A stretch of DNA of 64,000 nucleotides from Lama guanicoe (lineage: Eukaryota), in assembly GCA_013239625.1 (NCBI GenBank), contig MU053561.1, positions 5,506,439-5,570,438 on the forward strand, written 5' to 3'. Shown here in pieces: positions 27,057-40,821 of the stretch. The stretch's first letter is position 1, and each line of letters starts with the position of its first letter. The position numbers and the translations under genes were made by a program. The notes beneath the pieces are model-generated. The model was not told the DNA's origin and made no database searches. It worked only from the letters and a program-made list of their open reading frames with translations.

Positions 27057-28321
27057 TGCTCTCGGTTAATTTCTCAGAAGGATTTGAGTGGTCATAACCG
27101 TAAAGAAAAAAAAAACCAGCCTGGGAAAACCAAAGATAAAATAGGAAGATAGACATTTATGAAAATTGGTGCACAAATTTTGACTCAACTTCTGTGCAAT
27201 TAAATTTCTAAAGAATCATGATTACTCCTTTTTTTGGCATGAGAAGTTAAAGCTCTCCTTTTGAAGCAGGACTATTATTCTCAACTATGTACATAAAGAT
27301 ATAAAAACAGAAGACCACAAAAGAATACACCACAAGTGTTAAGTCACAGTTCTCTCAACAGTAGTTTATTATCACCTACATGTTTGATGGCCCAAATTTT
27401 CTTACATGAGTATATGTTACTTTGAAAATTAGGGGGATTTTAAACTTTTTAAGGTATAACTGGTCACTAAAATATCAATGCATGGGATTAAAGCTGCATA
27501 GCCTCTTATGTAACAGGATTCTGAATTCCTCTGAAAGAGCATACATTAGAAGGAAATCATTTTCTGCAAAGTAAATCCTGAAGTTATAGGTTATTTCCTA
27601 ATAGCAGTGGATTTAGAGAGAATAAATCAAATGTTAATCCTTTCAAATGTTATGAACCGTACCAGCAAATTCAGTGTTTTATTAAATGATTTAAAAGTAC
27701 AGCCTAAAATGAAAATAAAAAATATCCTAGAAACCAAAAATTAGCCAGAGAAGCAGATCTGATCATGGGCGCTTCTCTGATCAAATTTGTAGACCCAGGA
27801 GTACCTGGAGGTGGAAGTACAACCTACTACCCAAAGTGCCAACTGGTCAGCCCCACGTCCCATCTCCTACAGGCTCTTCCTTAAAGAAAAAAACCACAAA
27901 TGGCCATTAACCTAAGAATTGATGCTTCTCTTCACTAAAATTCAGACTGCAAATTAAAACCATAAATATACCACTTTATGGCCACTAGGCTCAGCAGACT
28001 TTCCCATCATGAAAGAAAACATGGAGGAACAAAACTCTTATATGTTATTGGTATGATAGGAATTCTTTATATTTATGGTTATACAATCCTTTCTTGTTAG
28101 AAGTATTACAAATCTCTCTCCCACTTGCCTTTTCACTTTCTTTGGAATATCTCCTGACAAACAGAAGTTCTTAATTTTAAGGTAGTCAGATTTATTGAAT
28201 TTGTTTATGATAAACGTAAAATCATTTCTGGAAAAAAATCCTTCCCTATCCCGAGGTCATAAAAAGACATGCCTCCATGTTGAAAAATTTAGAATTCTGT
28301 CCCACACATTTCAGTGAAGGG

Positions 28322-28570
28322 AACAATACAGCATAGTGTCAAAGAACACAGACATGGGAGCCAGACTACCTGGGGTCAAACATGGCTCTGCTACTGTGAC
28401 CCTGGCCAAATTACTTGATTTCTCTGTGCTGGCCTCAGTTTTCTTGAATAGAAAAGGATATAATAATAGCAGCTACCATTGAAGATAAACGTAATGATCA
28501 AAGGAGTAAATGTATATAAGTGCTAGAACAAGGTCAAGTACGTAACAAGCACTATGTAATTGTTAGTTGT
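28322..28570 (+). mobile_element. MIR inside the antisense L1 region
   Basis: CAGCATAGTGTCAAAGAACACAGACATGGGAGCCAGACTACCTGGGGTCAAACATGGCTCTGCTACTGTGACCCTGGCC. Confidence 0.8.
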
Positions 28571-30649
28571 TTTTTTCTTAAGCCTTTAATCTACCTGAAC
28601 TTGATTTTGCATAGAGTATGAAGCAGAGATCTCATTTCATTTTCTCCCTTATAGATAACCAATTATTCCAGCAATATACATGAACAGTTTATCTTTTTCC
28701 CACTAGTGTGCAATGTCACTCTGAAATATATTAAGTTTCCATAAAGGTCTATTTCTGTGCCTCTATTTTGCTCCACTGGTCTATATATCACTCTCTGTGC
28801 TGCTACCATGCTGTCAAATTACAAATTACCGACAGTAATTATTAAACTGCAGTGTAGATCAAGACCTTAATCCCAACTTGTTCTTCATGTATCTGGAATA
28901 ACTTATTTTTTGTAAATTTTCAAATTAGTTTTCAAATTTCATTTTTAAAATAACTATTGGAATTTTGAATGAAACTACATGAATTTTCAAATCAATATTA
29001 GGAACTGACTTAATTATGTTATCCAGTCTCCCTATTCATAAACATGATCTTTCCATTTATTTATGACTTTTTATTTTATTTCAATGAAGTCTTATTATAG
29101 TCTCTGTAAAGGTCTTATACATTTCTGGTTAACTTATATCTACTAAGTATTTCTACGGAATTATAAATGTTATCTTTTAAAAACATTTTTTGGTTTCTGA
29201 TTTATTTAAATGCTGTTCATTTCTAGTCACTACTTTACATCCAGCAACTTAAACTAATAATTTTTCTGCAGATTTCTTAGAATTTTCTATGCAATGATAT
29301 CATCTACAAATAATGACCATTTTGTATCTTCCTTTCCAATTTTTAATCTTTCATTCTCTGCCTTGTCTCATTAAGCTGGCTAGAATTTCCAACTGAAAAG
29401 GTATTTTTAATAATTCATAACTCATTTATATATTTATAATTTACACATAATTTATAATTCCAACATAAAGTAGAAGCAGTGATGGTGAGTACCTTTGTTA
29501 TGTCTCTGATTTTTTTTTAAATGTTTCTACTTCATCATTAAGTATCTTGCTGTAGGTTTATAGTGAAATTCAGTAGGTTGAAAGTTTCATTCTACTCCAA
29601 GTTTTTTAAGAATTTTTACCCTGAATGGACACTGATGAATTTTATCAAATGCTTTTTCCATATCTCGAGATAATTACCTTTGTATTCCTGGCTAGTCATA
29701 AAAATACATCGTGACCAAGCTGGACTTACCTCTCTTATACTTAGTTGCTTATATCATTGCTTAGTTTGCTATTATTTTGTTTGGGAATTCTACTCTGCAT
29801 TTATAAATGCAATGGTGCAGTCATCTTCCTCTGTCATGCTGTCCTTAGTTAGTTTCAGTATTCAGAATATACTAGTCTCATAGAATAGGTTTATATTTTT
29901 GTTTCTTGTCTGTATATCACTAGAATTATTACTCTAATGTTTGAAACACTGTCTGAATCTATTTTCTTTTAGGAAGATCTCAGATTGCTGACTTAATTTC
30001 TTTACTCCAACTTTTGTGTTTTTAAGCAATTTTGTTCAGTCACTTTTGATAAGCTGTGTTCTTCTAGACACTTGCTCATTTCATCTAAATTTTCAAATTC
30101 TGCAGCATAATAATGTTCAAGAATTCTCTTATCTCTTTAATATCTGTAGCATCATTATTATATCCTCTTTTTATTCCTAATTTTTTTAAATTAATGTCTT
30201 CTTTGAAAAAAAAAGAAAACAACTTTGGATTTGCTGGGGTTTTTATCTCATTGACTTCTGCTTTTATCTCTATTATTTCCTTCTATCTACCTGGCTTGAA
30301 TTTATTCTAATTCTTTTTTTTTAAATTTATATCACATGTTTATTAGCACATTCATTTTCAGCCTTTCTTCTTTCATTCCTTTAAGGCTATAGATTTTGCT
30401 CTGAACACTGCTTTAGCTGAATTCAACAAACTTTAATTTATAGTGATTTCATTATTATTCAGTTCTAAGTACTTTCTAAATTTCCATTATGATTTTTTCT
30501 TTTGATCCAGGACTTAAAAAGATTTTTTCCCCCATACGTATGTATATTAGTGTGGGGAGAAGAGTATTGATTTCTAACTTCATTGTACTTCGGTCAGAAA
30601 ATATAGGCTGCATGGTATGGAAATTTGCTGAGACTTTTACAGTCTTAAA

Positions 30650-30875
30650 CTGGAGCTGGCAAACTAAGATTATAAGCCAATTCCAGCCAGCCAGCCACCT
30701 GTATTTGTAAACAAAGCTTTATTGGAATATAGACACACACATGTGTTTGTATATCATCTACAGCTGCTTTCAATCTACAATAGCAGATTTGAATAGTCCC
30801 AAGAAAGACCATATGACCCACAAAGCAGAAAATACTTATTTTTTGGCCATTTACCAGAATTTTGTAATCCCCTGG
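30650..30875. mobile_element. MER58A-like hAT MITE
   Basis: GGCAAACT...CCACCTGTATTTGTAAACAAAGCTTTATTGGAA...CATATGACCCACAAAGCAGAAAATACTTATT...TTTGTAATCCCCTG. Confidence 0.75.
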
Positions 30876-33800
30876 CCTAAAACATGGTCAATTTTCATGA
30901 ATGTTCAATATGTGCTTAGGGAAAAAAAAGTTATTTTCCAATTGTTAGGAACAAGGTTCCATATACATTCACCAAATCAGATTTGTTAATAATGTTCCAT
31001 CTTCTATAACTTTTCTTATTTTTGTCTGCTGAGTCTAAGAATTACTGAGAGAGGTATACGAAAATTTCCTATTATGATGATGTATTTGTCCAAATTTTCT
31101 TGTAGCTTATTCAATTTTTTTCTTTATAGTTTGGAGTTAAGCTATTAGGTTCATACAAACTTAGAAATAGCTTCCTAGTAAAACCAATATTTTATCATTA
31201 TATAGTGCCCTTCTCAGATGCTAATTAGCATTTTGCCATAAAATCTATTTGGTCTGACAATTTCATTACTATACAAGATATATTTTGGTTAGTATTTGCC
31301 TATGTTTTCCCATTGTTTACTTTCAATCTTTTTATGCCCTTATCCTTTAGGTGTTCTCTTATAAGTAACTAGATTTTGTTTTCCTTTTCAGTTCGAACTG
31401 TGTCTTTTAACTTACAGAGTCCATTGGTACTTAATTTGATTACTGATACTTAGATTTATTTCTACCATTTTATTTTGTGTTCTTTATTTCCCCCACATGT
31501 TCTGTTTTTTTCTCTTTCCTGCCTTTTGTCAAGTTGATAGGTTTCTCCTCATTAAATGTTTTTTCTCTCCTCTTTTAGAAGACATCTATTGTTTTCATCC
31601 TTTTAAATGTTTTGATTTTTAACTTTCATATGTACAGAAATCCTATCTTTTAGCTTGTTCTCAAATAATACAAGGGACTGAAGAGGTTTTAAATCTAGTT
31701 ACCTCCTTCCTACTTACATCAAATTGTAATACAGTATTTTACAACAATCCTGATTATTACTGTGGTCTTCTAAACTCCACTAATTGTTTTTGTTTTACAT
31801 CATTAACGCATGTTTAGATTTATCCCCATATCTACCATTTTACTTCATCATGCTCCTTCTTACATCTCAAACCTTCCTTCTAAGATTAAAAGTAAATTAT
31901 CAAAGTTATTTGGAGGAGGAAGGTCTTAGGTAAACAGGTATTAAACTCCCTGTTTTTGTTTATCTGAAAATATATCTTGCCTTCATATTTGAAAGACTGT
32001 TTCACTAGAAATATAATTCTCAATTGGCCCTTATTTTCTTTCAGCATTTTGATGATGTCCCAGAACTTTGTCTTTGTCTCTACTGTTCTGCTTTTCACTA
32101 CAATGAGTTCATATGCCAAGGCATAAATTTCTTTGTATTTCTTGGGTTTCTAAAATGTGAAGATTATGATCTTTTTTCTAGAAAAATTTCAGCCTTTAAT
32201 CTCTTCAAATATTGTCTCTTCCCCATTCTCCCACTATCATCTGTGATTCCCTTTATCTCTTGTCCTTTTTACCATAATTTCCATCCCTCTGCCTCTGTGC
32301 TGCCTCTCTGCATTTGCTTCAGATCTACCTTTTAATAACCTCCTGCTGTGTCTAATCTCCTATTTTACCTTATTATTGGTTTTTTAAAATTTGTTTTTCA
32401 TTTTACATTTCTACAATTTCTGTTTGGTTCATTTTCAAAACTGCCTGGTCAATAATAATCACTTGCTCCTTATGATGTTTTCAATTTCTCCCTTTCTTCC
32501 TTTAATAATACCAAAACACTTTCATAAACTGCATTTATAGTCCAATAACTGAAGTCTACTGGGTTTGGTTCTTTGGGATGGTGTTCCTACTGACTCTGAC
32601 GGTGGCTTGCTTGGTATGACAGCAGTTCCTGATTGTGTGCTTCTATTTTGTATAACACTGCGACAATTCTTGGCAGGTTGGTTAAAGATGTTTACTTCCA
32701 GGTAGGACTTGAGTATATTCTGCCAAGCACCTGACCATTAAAGACCCAAGTCTCGGTTAAATTATACTTCTTGGTTTAGGTTTTTTCAGATCACACAAAC
32801 AGCATTCATTTAACCCCAAATGTACACATCTTACTTTCCTGATATCCTGCTTGCTCCTTTTTGCAAACTCATCCATTCATTTAAATTGATTTTTTTTTAA
32901 GTGTGACAACAGAAAGTCAAGTATGTCTTAAATGTTTTATAACTTAAAGATTCAAGCAGTCACACTGCCAGAAAAAGAAATCCAATGGATGTTTTCTCGA
33001 CTGCTCAACCTAATACCATAGCAATAGTGAGTTTTAAAGCATTTTCCAGCTTAAAAGAACTGTGTAGAAATCACTTTAGGATACACTATTCCAGTAGGAA
33101 AATTCCTTTGGAATAAGAACTTAATAAGTTAGTTCACAGGGGTGGTAATGAAATCAAAGATTTAGATGTGGCAGTGGTAAGATCAGAACAATTAGCCAGA
33201 TAACTGGTCTTGTGTGAATACAATTTGGGAAACTATTTAAAAAAACATGAGATGATTTACTTGAATAGTCTTGTATTCAAATCAGAGCAATTCACTTTCT
33301 AGTCACACATCATGCATCATGAGTTATACCAAATTATATAGTAATTCTATTATAATTATGTCCCCAAAGACCTCTCTTCATATTTTAAAGAAATGTCACA
33401 AAGCCTAAATGCCATACATTACTTTGTATAATATTATTCAGCCATTTTAACCAAAAAGTGTCACTTTGCAGTAACAGAGGGCCTAGCTTGTGAACGACAT
33501 ACAAGTGTAATGGCTTCACATCTGATCAAAGACTTCTAAGTATATTGCCTCCATTTATTTATTCAAATATTTGAATACCTACTATGTGTCAGGCCCTGTG
33601 CTTAGGACTAGAGCTAATAAAAGTACGTAATTTCTTATACCAGCAACTACTCCAACCTCTTCTCTGGTCGTAACACCTTCTCAGACTCCACTCTCTAATA
33701 AAAATCATGGCTGATTTGTGACATGAATAAGTGATATTCACAATGATCTTGAAAAGCCTATGACACCTCCTATTTTACAATTTTGCACAGGTGCGGCGGT

Positions 33801-34124
33801 AAATGGCAGAAACAGTAATGCTGAAGTTTCAGAATCAGCTGCTTAGCTAGGAAAAGAATCAAGGTAACTAAGTAGCCAAACTCCATACTGCAACATTGCT
33901 TTGTTTTTCTTATTATGTATGCAATAACATTGGGGACAGCAGTAACTATGGGGGAAAATGCTAGTAGAATTTGATTCTAAAATGTATACACAAATTTAAG
34001 GGATTAATAACAATCAAGAATAAAGTTGGAAGACTTTATACTTCCAGATGCCAAGACTTAGCATAAAGTTACAGTTATTAAGACAGCATGTTACGGGAGC
34101 AAGGACAGACAACAGAAGAATTAC

Positions 34125-34604
34125 ACTGCCCGCCAGGCACATACGTCTACTGAGTCCCTGAAACGTGGCAAGTGCAATTCATGAATTAGATTTTAAATTT
34201 ATTTATTTTAACATATTTAAAATCAAGAACTGATAAAAGTTTTCAAATAACTGAATCAATTAAGTACGGTTTGAACCAACTGTGAATCTACTTTTTCAAC
34301 TGCAAATACAGATCAAGTATTTCTGATGACAATTATGTCTGAATTGAGATCCAATATAAATGTAACACATATGCCAGATATCAAAGGCATGGTAACAAAA
34401 AATGTAAAATATCTCAATTTCATATTGATTACTTATTAATATTTTTAATATACTGGGTTAAATAAAATATATCATTAAAATGTATCATTAAAATAAACTT
34501 TGTCAGTTTCTTTTTTAACTTTTTTAACGCAGCTACTAGAAAATTTTAGCTACACATATGGCTCACATTTGTGAGTTGCATTATACTTCCACTGGACAGC
34601 CCTG
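34125..34604. mobile_element. Charlie1/MER33-family hAT DNA transposon fragment
   Basis: TGAAACGTGGCAAGTGCAATT...TTTTAAATTTATTT...GCTACTAGAAAATTTT...CATATGGCTCACATT...CACTGGACAGCCCTG. Confidence 0.7.
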
Positions 34605-35970
34605 GTATATAGTGTGTCCAGAAAAAGACTCACTCCTAGATACTTGGTTTATTAAAAAAATCATATTGCAAATTAAGAAGATCTTCTCATCAAAAGAAAT
34701 GAGCACTAAGATAATGAAAAGACAAGCCAGAGTAGGGGAAAAGCTTCAGAGCATAGTTAAACCATGAAAAAGAGGCAGGAGTATGTGAAACACACAGAGC
34801 ATATGCACTGTATATACACGAATACCTCAATATTTGACCATTGTTTTCCTGTTAATATGTTCTGCTTAAGCAAAATTTCAAGAAACTGAACTTTTACCCA
34901 TTTGAGAAACAAAAATTTGATTTAGCCAGTTTTGATTTGGTTTAGAAATACTTATATATTCTTGGTTGGCAAAGTAAAAGTAATATACACAAAATCAACC
35001 TTTACATGATCACATGAGGTCACTGCTGGAGTCAGTATATAAGAAGTAAGATATTCTCAAACAAAACGCATCCTCGGTTAAGGTCACCTGTAAATTAAAA
35101 TTTTTAAATATTTTAAAACATTATTGGGACTTTCAACTCACACAATATGGCTGAGACTGGTTTCTCACTGCTCCTCCCTTCTAAGCTCAAGTATAAGCCC
35201 TAAAAATAATGAAAAAGACAACCAATGGAGAACTTTGGAAGGTGGTAAAACAATGGCATACTGGCTTAGGATCCCAAGACTAGAGAAACAACACAGAGGC
35301 AGGGCATCTTACATGCCCCCCACCCAACAGAAGACAGTAGCCCAGTCCTGGTGTATCTCAATCCCCAATTTAGCACAGACAGCAGTCCAGGCTGGCCCAT
35401 TCCTCCCCAGGATTAAGCAAGACTCTCTCCAACAATGCCAGGTAAGTCCACCACCAAAAGCAAGGGGTATGACTGGGAGTCCCACTAACAAGCAGCCAGG
35501 GAGCGCAATCTCCTTCTCCACAAGACCTGAGACTTCCCTGCACTACTGAGAGATACCAGGATGGCCAAATGGCACTGGCAAGAAGAATTCCACATGTGAC
35601 CAGCCTGGGCAGGATCTTTGGCCCCACTGGCCTAAAACTCCCCTCTTTCACAGAGACATGAGGTGGCCCAGCCTGGGGAAAGCCCTCCTTATGAAAGCAC
35701 CAGCAAGGACCAGTGGGAGCCCTGGTGGTACCAGATAAACTAAGCAGAACAAAATGATACCACAAGGTTCTGAAAATTAAGCCATCACTGGAATCACAGC
35801 CCACAAACGGAGACAGGATGCCACGACTACCTGTTAAAAACAAAAGATTTAAATAGGACACAGAGTAGCCAACGTAAGAGACAAAATATCCGGAATGCAG
35901 TTAAAAAAAAAATCACCTGTCATACCAAAAACAAGAATAACACAACTTGAACAAAAAAATACAAGAGGTT

Positions 35971-36060
35971 GGGATGGGGTAACAGCTCAGTGGTAGAGTG
36001 TGTGCTTAGCATGCACAAGGTCCTGGATTCAATCCCCAGCACTTCTATTTTAAAAAAAAG
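35971..36060 (+). mobile_element. tRNA-derived SINE, camelid type (Vic-1-like), short form
   Basis: GGGGTAACAGCTCAGTGGTAGAGTGTGTGCTTAGCATGCACAAGGTCCTGGATTCAATCCCCAGCAC with A/B boxes and an A-tail. Confidence 0.85.
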
Positions 36061-36130
36061 AGAGAAAAGAAAAGGAAACAAAGTACCATCAGTAGAAAGG
36101 TGAATCGGATATTGAAATTACCTGACAGGG

Positions 36131-36443
36131 GTAAGCCAGAAAGAGAAAGAAAAATACCATATGAGATCGCTCATATGTGGAATCTAAAAAACAAAAACAA
36201 ACAAACAAACAAAAACAAAGCATAAATACAGGACAGAAATAGACTCATGGACAGAGAACACAGACTTGTGGTTACNNNNNNNNNNNNNNNNNNNNNNNNN
36301 NNNNNNNNNNNNNNNNNNNNNNNNNNNNNNNNNNNNNNNNNNNNNNNNNNNNNNNNNNNNNNNNNNNNNNNNNNNNNNNNNNNNNNNNNNNNNNNNNNNN
36401 NNNNNNNNNNNNNNNNAAATAAAAAATGTAAAAAAAAAAAAAA
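36131..36443 (+). mobile_element. Young 5'-truncated L1 3' end spanning an assembly gap
   Basis: Perfect 17-bp TSD GAAATTACCTGACAGGG at 36114-36130 and 36444-36460; ends AATAAAAAATGT plus polyA like 50675-50910. Confidence 0.9.
36276..36416. other. Assembly gap (141 N)
   Basis: Run of N. Confidence 1.
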
Positions 36444-36602
36444 GAAATTACCTGACAGGGAATGTCTTCTGACAGTTGTCATAAAAATGCTTTCATACTC
36501 AACTTCATATTCTTTTGAAACAAATGAAAAACAAAAATCTCAACTAAAAATATATACAATAATAATAAATATTTACTTATTCATTATATATATTCTTTTC
36601 TA

Positions 36603-37310
36603 GACCTACCATATACTCCAGCAATTCCACTTCTGGGTATTTATCTAAAGAAAACAAAAAACACTAACTCAAAAAGGTATATGTACCTTCATGTTCACTG
36701 CAGCATTATCTACAATAGCCAAGATATGGAAACAACTTGAATGTCCATTAATAGATGAATGGATAAAGAAAATATGTGTTGTATGTACACAATAGAGTAT
36801 TATTCAGTCATAAAAAGCATGAAATCCTGCCATTTGTGACTGCTTGGATGAACCTCCAGGGTATTATACTAAGTGAAATAAGTCAGACAGAGAAAGACAA
36901 ATACTGTATCATCTCACTTATATGTGGAATCTAAAAACAAAAAACCAAGTTCATAGAAACAGAGAACAGATTGGTGCTTGCCAGAGGCTGAAGGGTTGGG
37001 GGGGTCAGAGAAATGGGTGAAGGAGGTCAAAAGGTGCAAACTTAACAGTGATAAAATAAATCATGGGGATGTAATGTACAGCATGGGGACTATAGTTAAT
37101 ACTGTACTGGATATTTTAAAGTTGAAAGTTGTTAAGAGAGTAGATCTTAAAAGTTCTCATCACAGGAAAAAAGAATTTTTTGCAACAGTGTAAGATGACA
37201 GATGTTAACTAGATTTATTGTGGTAATCATTTCACAATGTATACAAATACAGAATCATATTGTATATCTGAAATTAACATAGCATTATGTCAATTACACC
37301 TCAACATTTA
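36603..37310 (+). mobile_element. L1MA9-like 3' end inserted in the older L1
   Basis: CCAGCAATTCCACTTCTGGGTATTTATC...GGTGAAGGAGGTCAAAAGG...TCATGGGGATGTAATGTACAGCATGG...GTCAATTACACCTCAA. Confidence 0.85.
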
Positions 37311-38352
37311 AAAATTATAAGTGAGTAAAAACATAGATGTTATAAAAAGGAACCAAATGGAAATCACAGAATCAAAAAATATATTGACAGAAATAAATAC
37401 TCTCTGAACAGGCTCAGTAGTACAGTGGAGATGACAGAGGACAGAATCAGTAAATGTGAAAACATAGCAGAATTTAACCAATCTGAGCAACAGAGAAAAC
37501 AGACTGAACACACGTGAACAAATCCTCAAAACCTAATAAAAGAACTAACATTTGTATCATCAGAATCCCAGAAGGAGAGGAGAAAAGAGACTAAGATTGA
37601 AAGAGTATTCAAAAAAATAACTAAAAACTCCCCAAAACTGGCAAAAGAAACAAACGTGCAGACGCAAGAAACTGAGCAAACACCAAACAGGATAAACCCA
37701 AGGAAATCCATAGCAAAACAAATCATAATTAACCTTCTGCAAACCAAAGACAAGAAAAAATCTGGAGAGCAGCCAGAAAAAAACAACGCATTATCTCTAG
37801 AGGAACATAGTTTGAATGAAAGTGGATTTCTCATCTAAAACCATAGAGACCAAAAGGAAGGAACATAAATCACTTGTCAAGCACTGAAAGAAGAGAACTG
37901 TCAATCACAAGTTCTATATCCAGAGAAACTATCCTTCAGGAATGAAGGGGGAAAAGAGCATCATCAAAGATTTTCTAAAAGAATTTGTCATCAGCAAATA
38001 CACAATTAAAGAAGGGCAAAAGGAAGTTCTTGAAACAGAAAGTAAATGATTTAAAAAAAAGAAGAAGAAGAAAGAAAGAAAGAATGCAATCTTGGAGCAT
38101 GAAGAAGAGAGAATAACAAAAAGAGAAGAAATATGGGTACATACAATAGACTATCTTTCCCATGAGTTTTATAAATCATATTTGAGGATTGAAACAACAA
38201 TTATAATACCATCTGGTGTCTAATATTTAAAGTGAAGAAGGTAAAGGAAACTAAATGGAAGTAAGGTTTTCACACTTTCCTCAAAAGTGTAACGAGTTAT
38301 TCACACTTTACTCAAAATGGTAAAATGTGATACCAGGAGACTGAATACATAC

Positions 38353-38392
<40 letters not shown>

Positions 38393-38417
38393 TACAGACA
38401 CACACATACATACACAC
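38353..38417. repeat. Compound (TA)n(CA)n microsatellite
   Basis: (TA)9 then (CA)11 and a degenerate CA tail. Confidence 0.95.
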
Positions 38418-38557
38418 CCAGAGCAACTACTGCAGAAACTATACATTATGTTCAAGTAACCCATATGAAGACAAGAGAAACAGGAATGAGAACCAGAGGA
38501 TACAAACAATACAAATAATTAAATGTCAGACTTAAGCTCTAACATATCAACAAGTAC

Positions 38558-38931
38558 TACTATGGGCTGAATTGTATCCCCCCAAAATTCATACGGTGAA
38601 GCCCTATTTGGAGGCAGGGCCTTTAGCAGATAATTAAGGTTAAATGAGGTCAAAAAGGATGGGTCTCTGATCCAATAGGATTAAGTCCTTATAAGAAGAG
38701 ACACTACCAAGAGTTCAATTCTCGCTCCACCCACAGACAAAGAAGTCATATGAGCACACAGCAAGATGGCACCTGCCTGCAAGCCAAAAGAAGAGGTCTC
38801 AGAAGGAAACCTACCTTGCCAACACCTTGATCTTGGACATCTCAGCATCCAAAACTGTGAGAAAATAAACATCTGTCGTTTAAGTCATCCAGCCTATGAT
38901 ATTGTTACAGCAACCCAAGCAGATCAAGACA
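38558..38931 (+). mobile_element. MLT1A-like MaLR solo LTR
   Basis: TACTATGGGCTGAATTGTATCCCCCCAAAATTCAT...GCAACCCAAGCAGATCAAGACA; 5-bp TSD AGTAC/ACTAC. Confidence 0.9.
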
Positions 38932-40130
38932 ACTACCTCAAATGCAAATGATCTGAACACTTACCAAGACAGAGACTGACAGCATTCTTTCAAAATGAAA
39001 AAAAAAAAGTGACCCAAATCCAAGCTTTCTATAAGGAACTCAGTCCAAATTCAGTAACAGAAGTAGGTTAAAAGTAAAATGAGAAAAGTTATACTATGCA
39101 AACATTAATTTTTTAAAACAGTAGTAATGACTATTATCAGTATCTGATGAAGGAGACTTCAGAGCAATGAAAATTTCAAAAGACAAAGGAGGGCATTATA
39201 CACAGATAAAAATATCGATCTCCCAGGAAAACATAATGATCCTAAATATGCATGCACCAAAAAACAGTGTCTCAAAATACAGGAAGTAAAACCTGACAGT
39301 CCTGAAAAGGGAAACAGAAAAATCCACAATTACAGTTGGAATCTTCAATATCCCACCTCAGCAACTGACAGAACTACTAGAAAGAAAATCAGCAAGACTG
39401 TAGAAGATCTGAACAACCAAAATAAACCAGGATCTAACTGACTTAAATAAATGGAACATCTCATTTTTTTCAAACACCCATGGAACATTCACCAAGAGGC
39501 TAAAAATTGTTGACAGATTTTTTTAAATAAAATCATACACAGTGTGTTCTTTGATCATATAGAATCAAATTACAAACCAATAACAAACAACAGGATAATC
39601 TCTAAACACGAAAATTAAGCAATGTACTTCAAAATAATCTAAATAATCTATGTGTTAAATAATCCAATGAAGTCTCAACGGAGCTTTTAAAAACATAAAA
39701 CTAAATAAAAATGAAAATACAACATCCCAAAATATGTGGGATGCAACTAAAGCACTATTGACAGGAAAATGTGTAGCACTAAATATTTACATTAAAAACA
39801 AGGAGAGGTCTCAAACCAATAATCTAAGTGATTACCCCAAGAAACTAGAAAAAATAAAAATAAATCCAAAGCAAGCAAGCAGAAGGAAGGAAATAAAGAT
39901 AAAAGTGAAAATCAATGGCACTGGAAATAGCTAATGGAGAAAATAAATTAGGCAAAAAGCTGGTTCTTTAGGGGGAAAAAAAAACACTTAAATTGATCAA
40001 TCTCCATCTACAAAGACTAAGAAAAATAAAAAGAGAGAAGACAAAAATTACCAATATCAAGAAATAAACAGGGGATAACACTACAGATCCTGCAGCCATT
40101 AAAAGGATATAAGGAAATATTATAAATGAC

Positions 40131-40821
40131 TTTTATGCTCACAAATTCAACAATTTAGAAGAAATGAATAATTCCTCAAAACCACTCAACTAATATGAAA
40201 TAGATAATCTGAATAGTCCTATAAACATTAAAGAAATTGAATTTATAATTTAAAAGCTGTAAAAAAAAAAAAAAAAGAAATCTCCAGGAATAGAAGATTT
40301 CAGTAGACAATTTTATTAAACATTAAAGGAAAAATTAAAACAAATTTTACACAATTTGTCAATCTACTCTAGACAACAGAAGAGGAAGAAACACTTCTCA
40401 GCTCATTTTATGAGGCCAGTATTACCTTTTCATTTATGTTCACACTAAAACCTGTACATGAATGTTCATACCAGCATTTTATGCTCACAAATTCAACAAT
40501 TTAGAAGAAATGAATAATTCCTCAAAACCACTCAACTAATATGAAATAGATAATCTGAATAGTCCTATAAACATTAAAGAAATTGAATTTATAATTTAAA
40601 AGCTAAAAAAAAAAAAGGAAAAGAAATCTCCAGGAATAGAAGATTTCAGTAGACAATTTTATTAAACATTAAAGGAAAAATTAAAACAAATTTTACACAA
40701 TTTGTCAATCTACTCTAGACAACAGAAGAGGAAGAAACACTTCTCAGCTCATTTTATGAGGCCAGTATTACCTTTTCATTTATGTTCACACTAAAACCTG
40801 TACATGAATGTTCATACCAGC
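40131..40821 (+). repeat. Tandem duplication, 2 x 345 bp
   Basis: 40131-40475 and 40477-40821 are identical by eye except around the internal A-run. Confidence 0.95.

Larger units (their letters stand above)
28060..32750 (-). mobile_element. Long, very old antisense L1 (L1ME-like) remnant
   Basis: T-rich tract with antisense ORF2/ORF1 motifs (GAAGTTCTTAATTTTAA, CATCTACAAATAATGAC, ATTACTGAGAGAGGT); minus ORF 31886-32119 WDIIKMLKENKGQLRI is ORF1-like. Confidence 0.8.

Noticed and set aside
35971..36045. tRNA-like sequence with A and B boxes
   Set aside because: No proper acceptor stem and it is followed by an A-tail; it is a SINE head, not a tRNA gene
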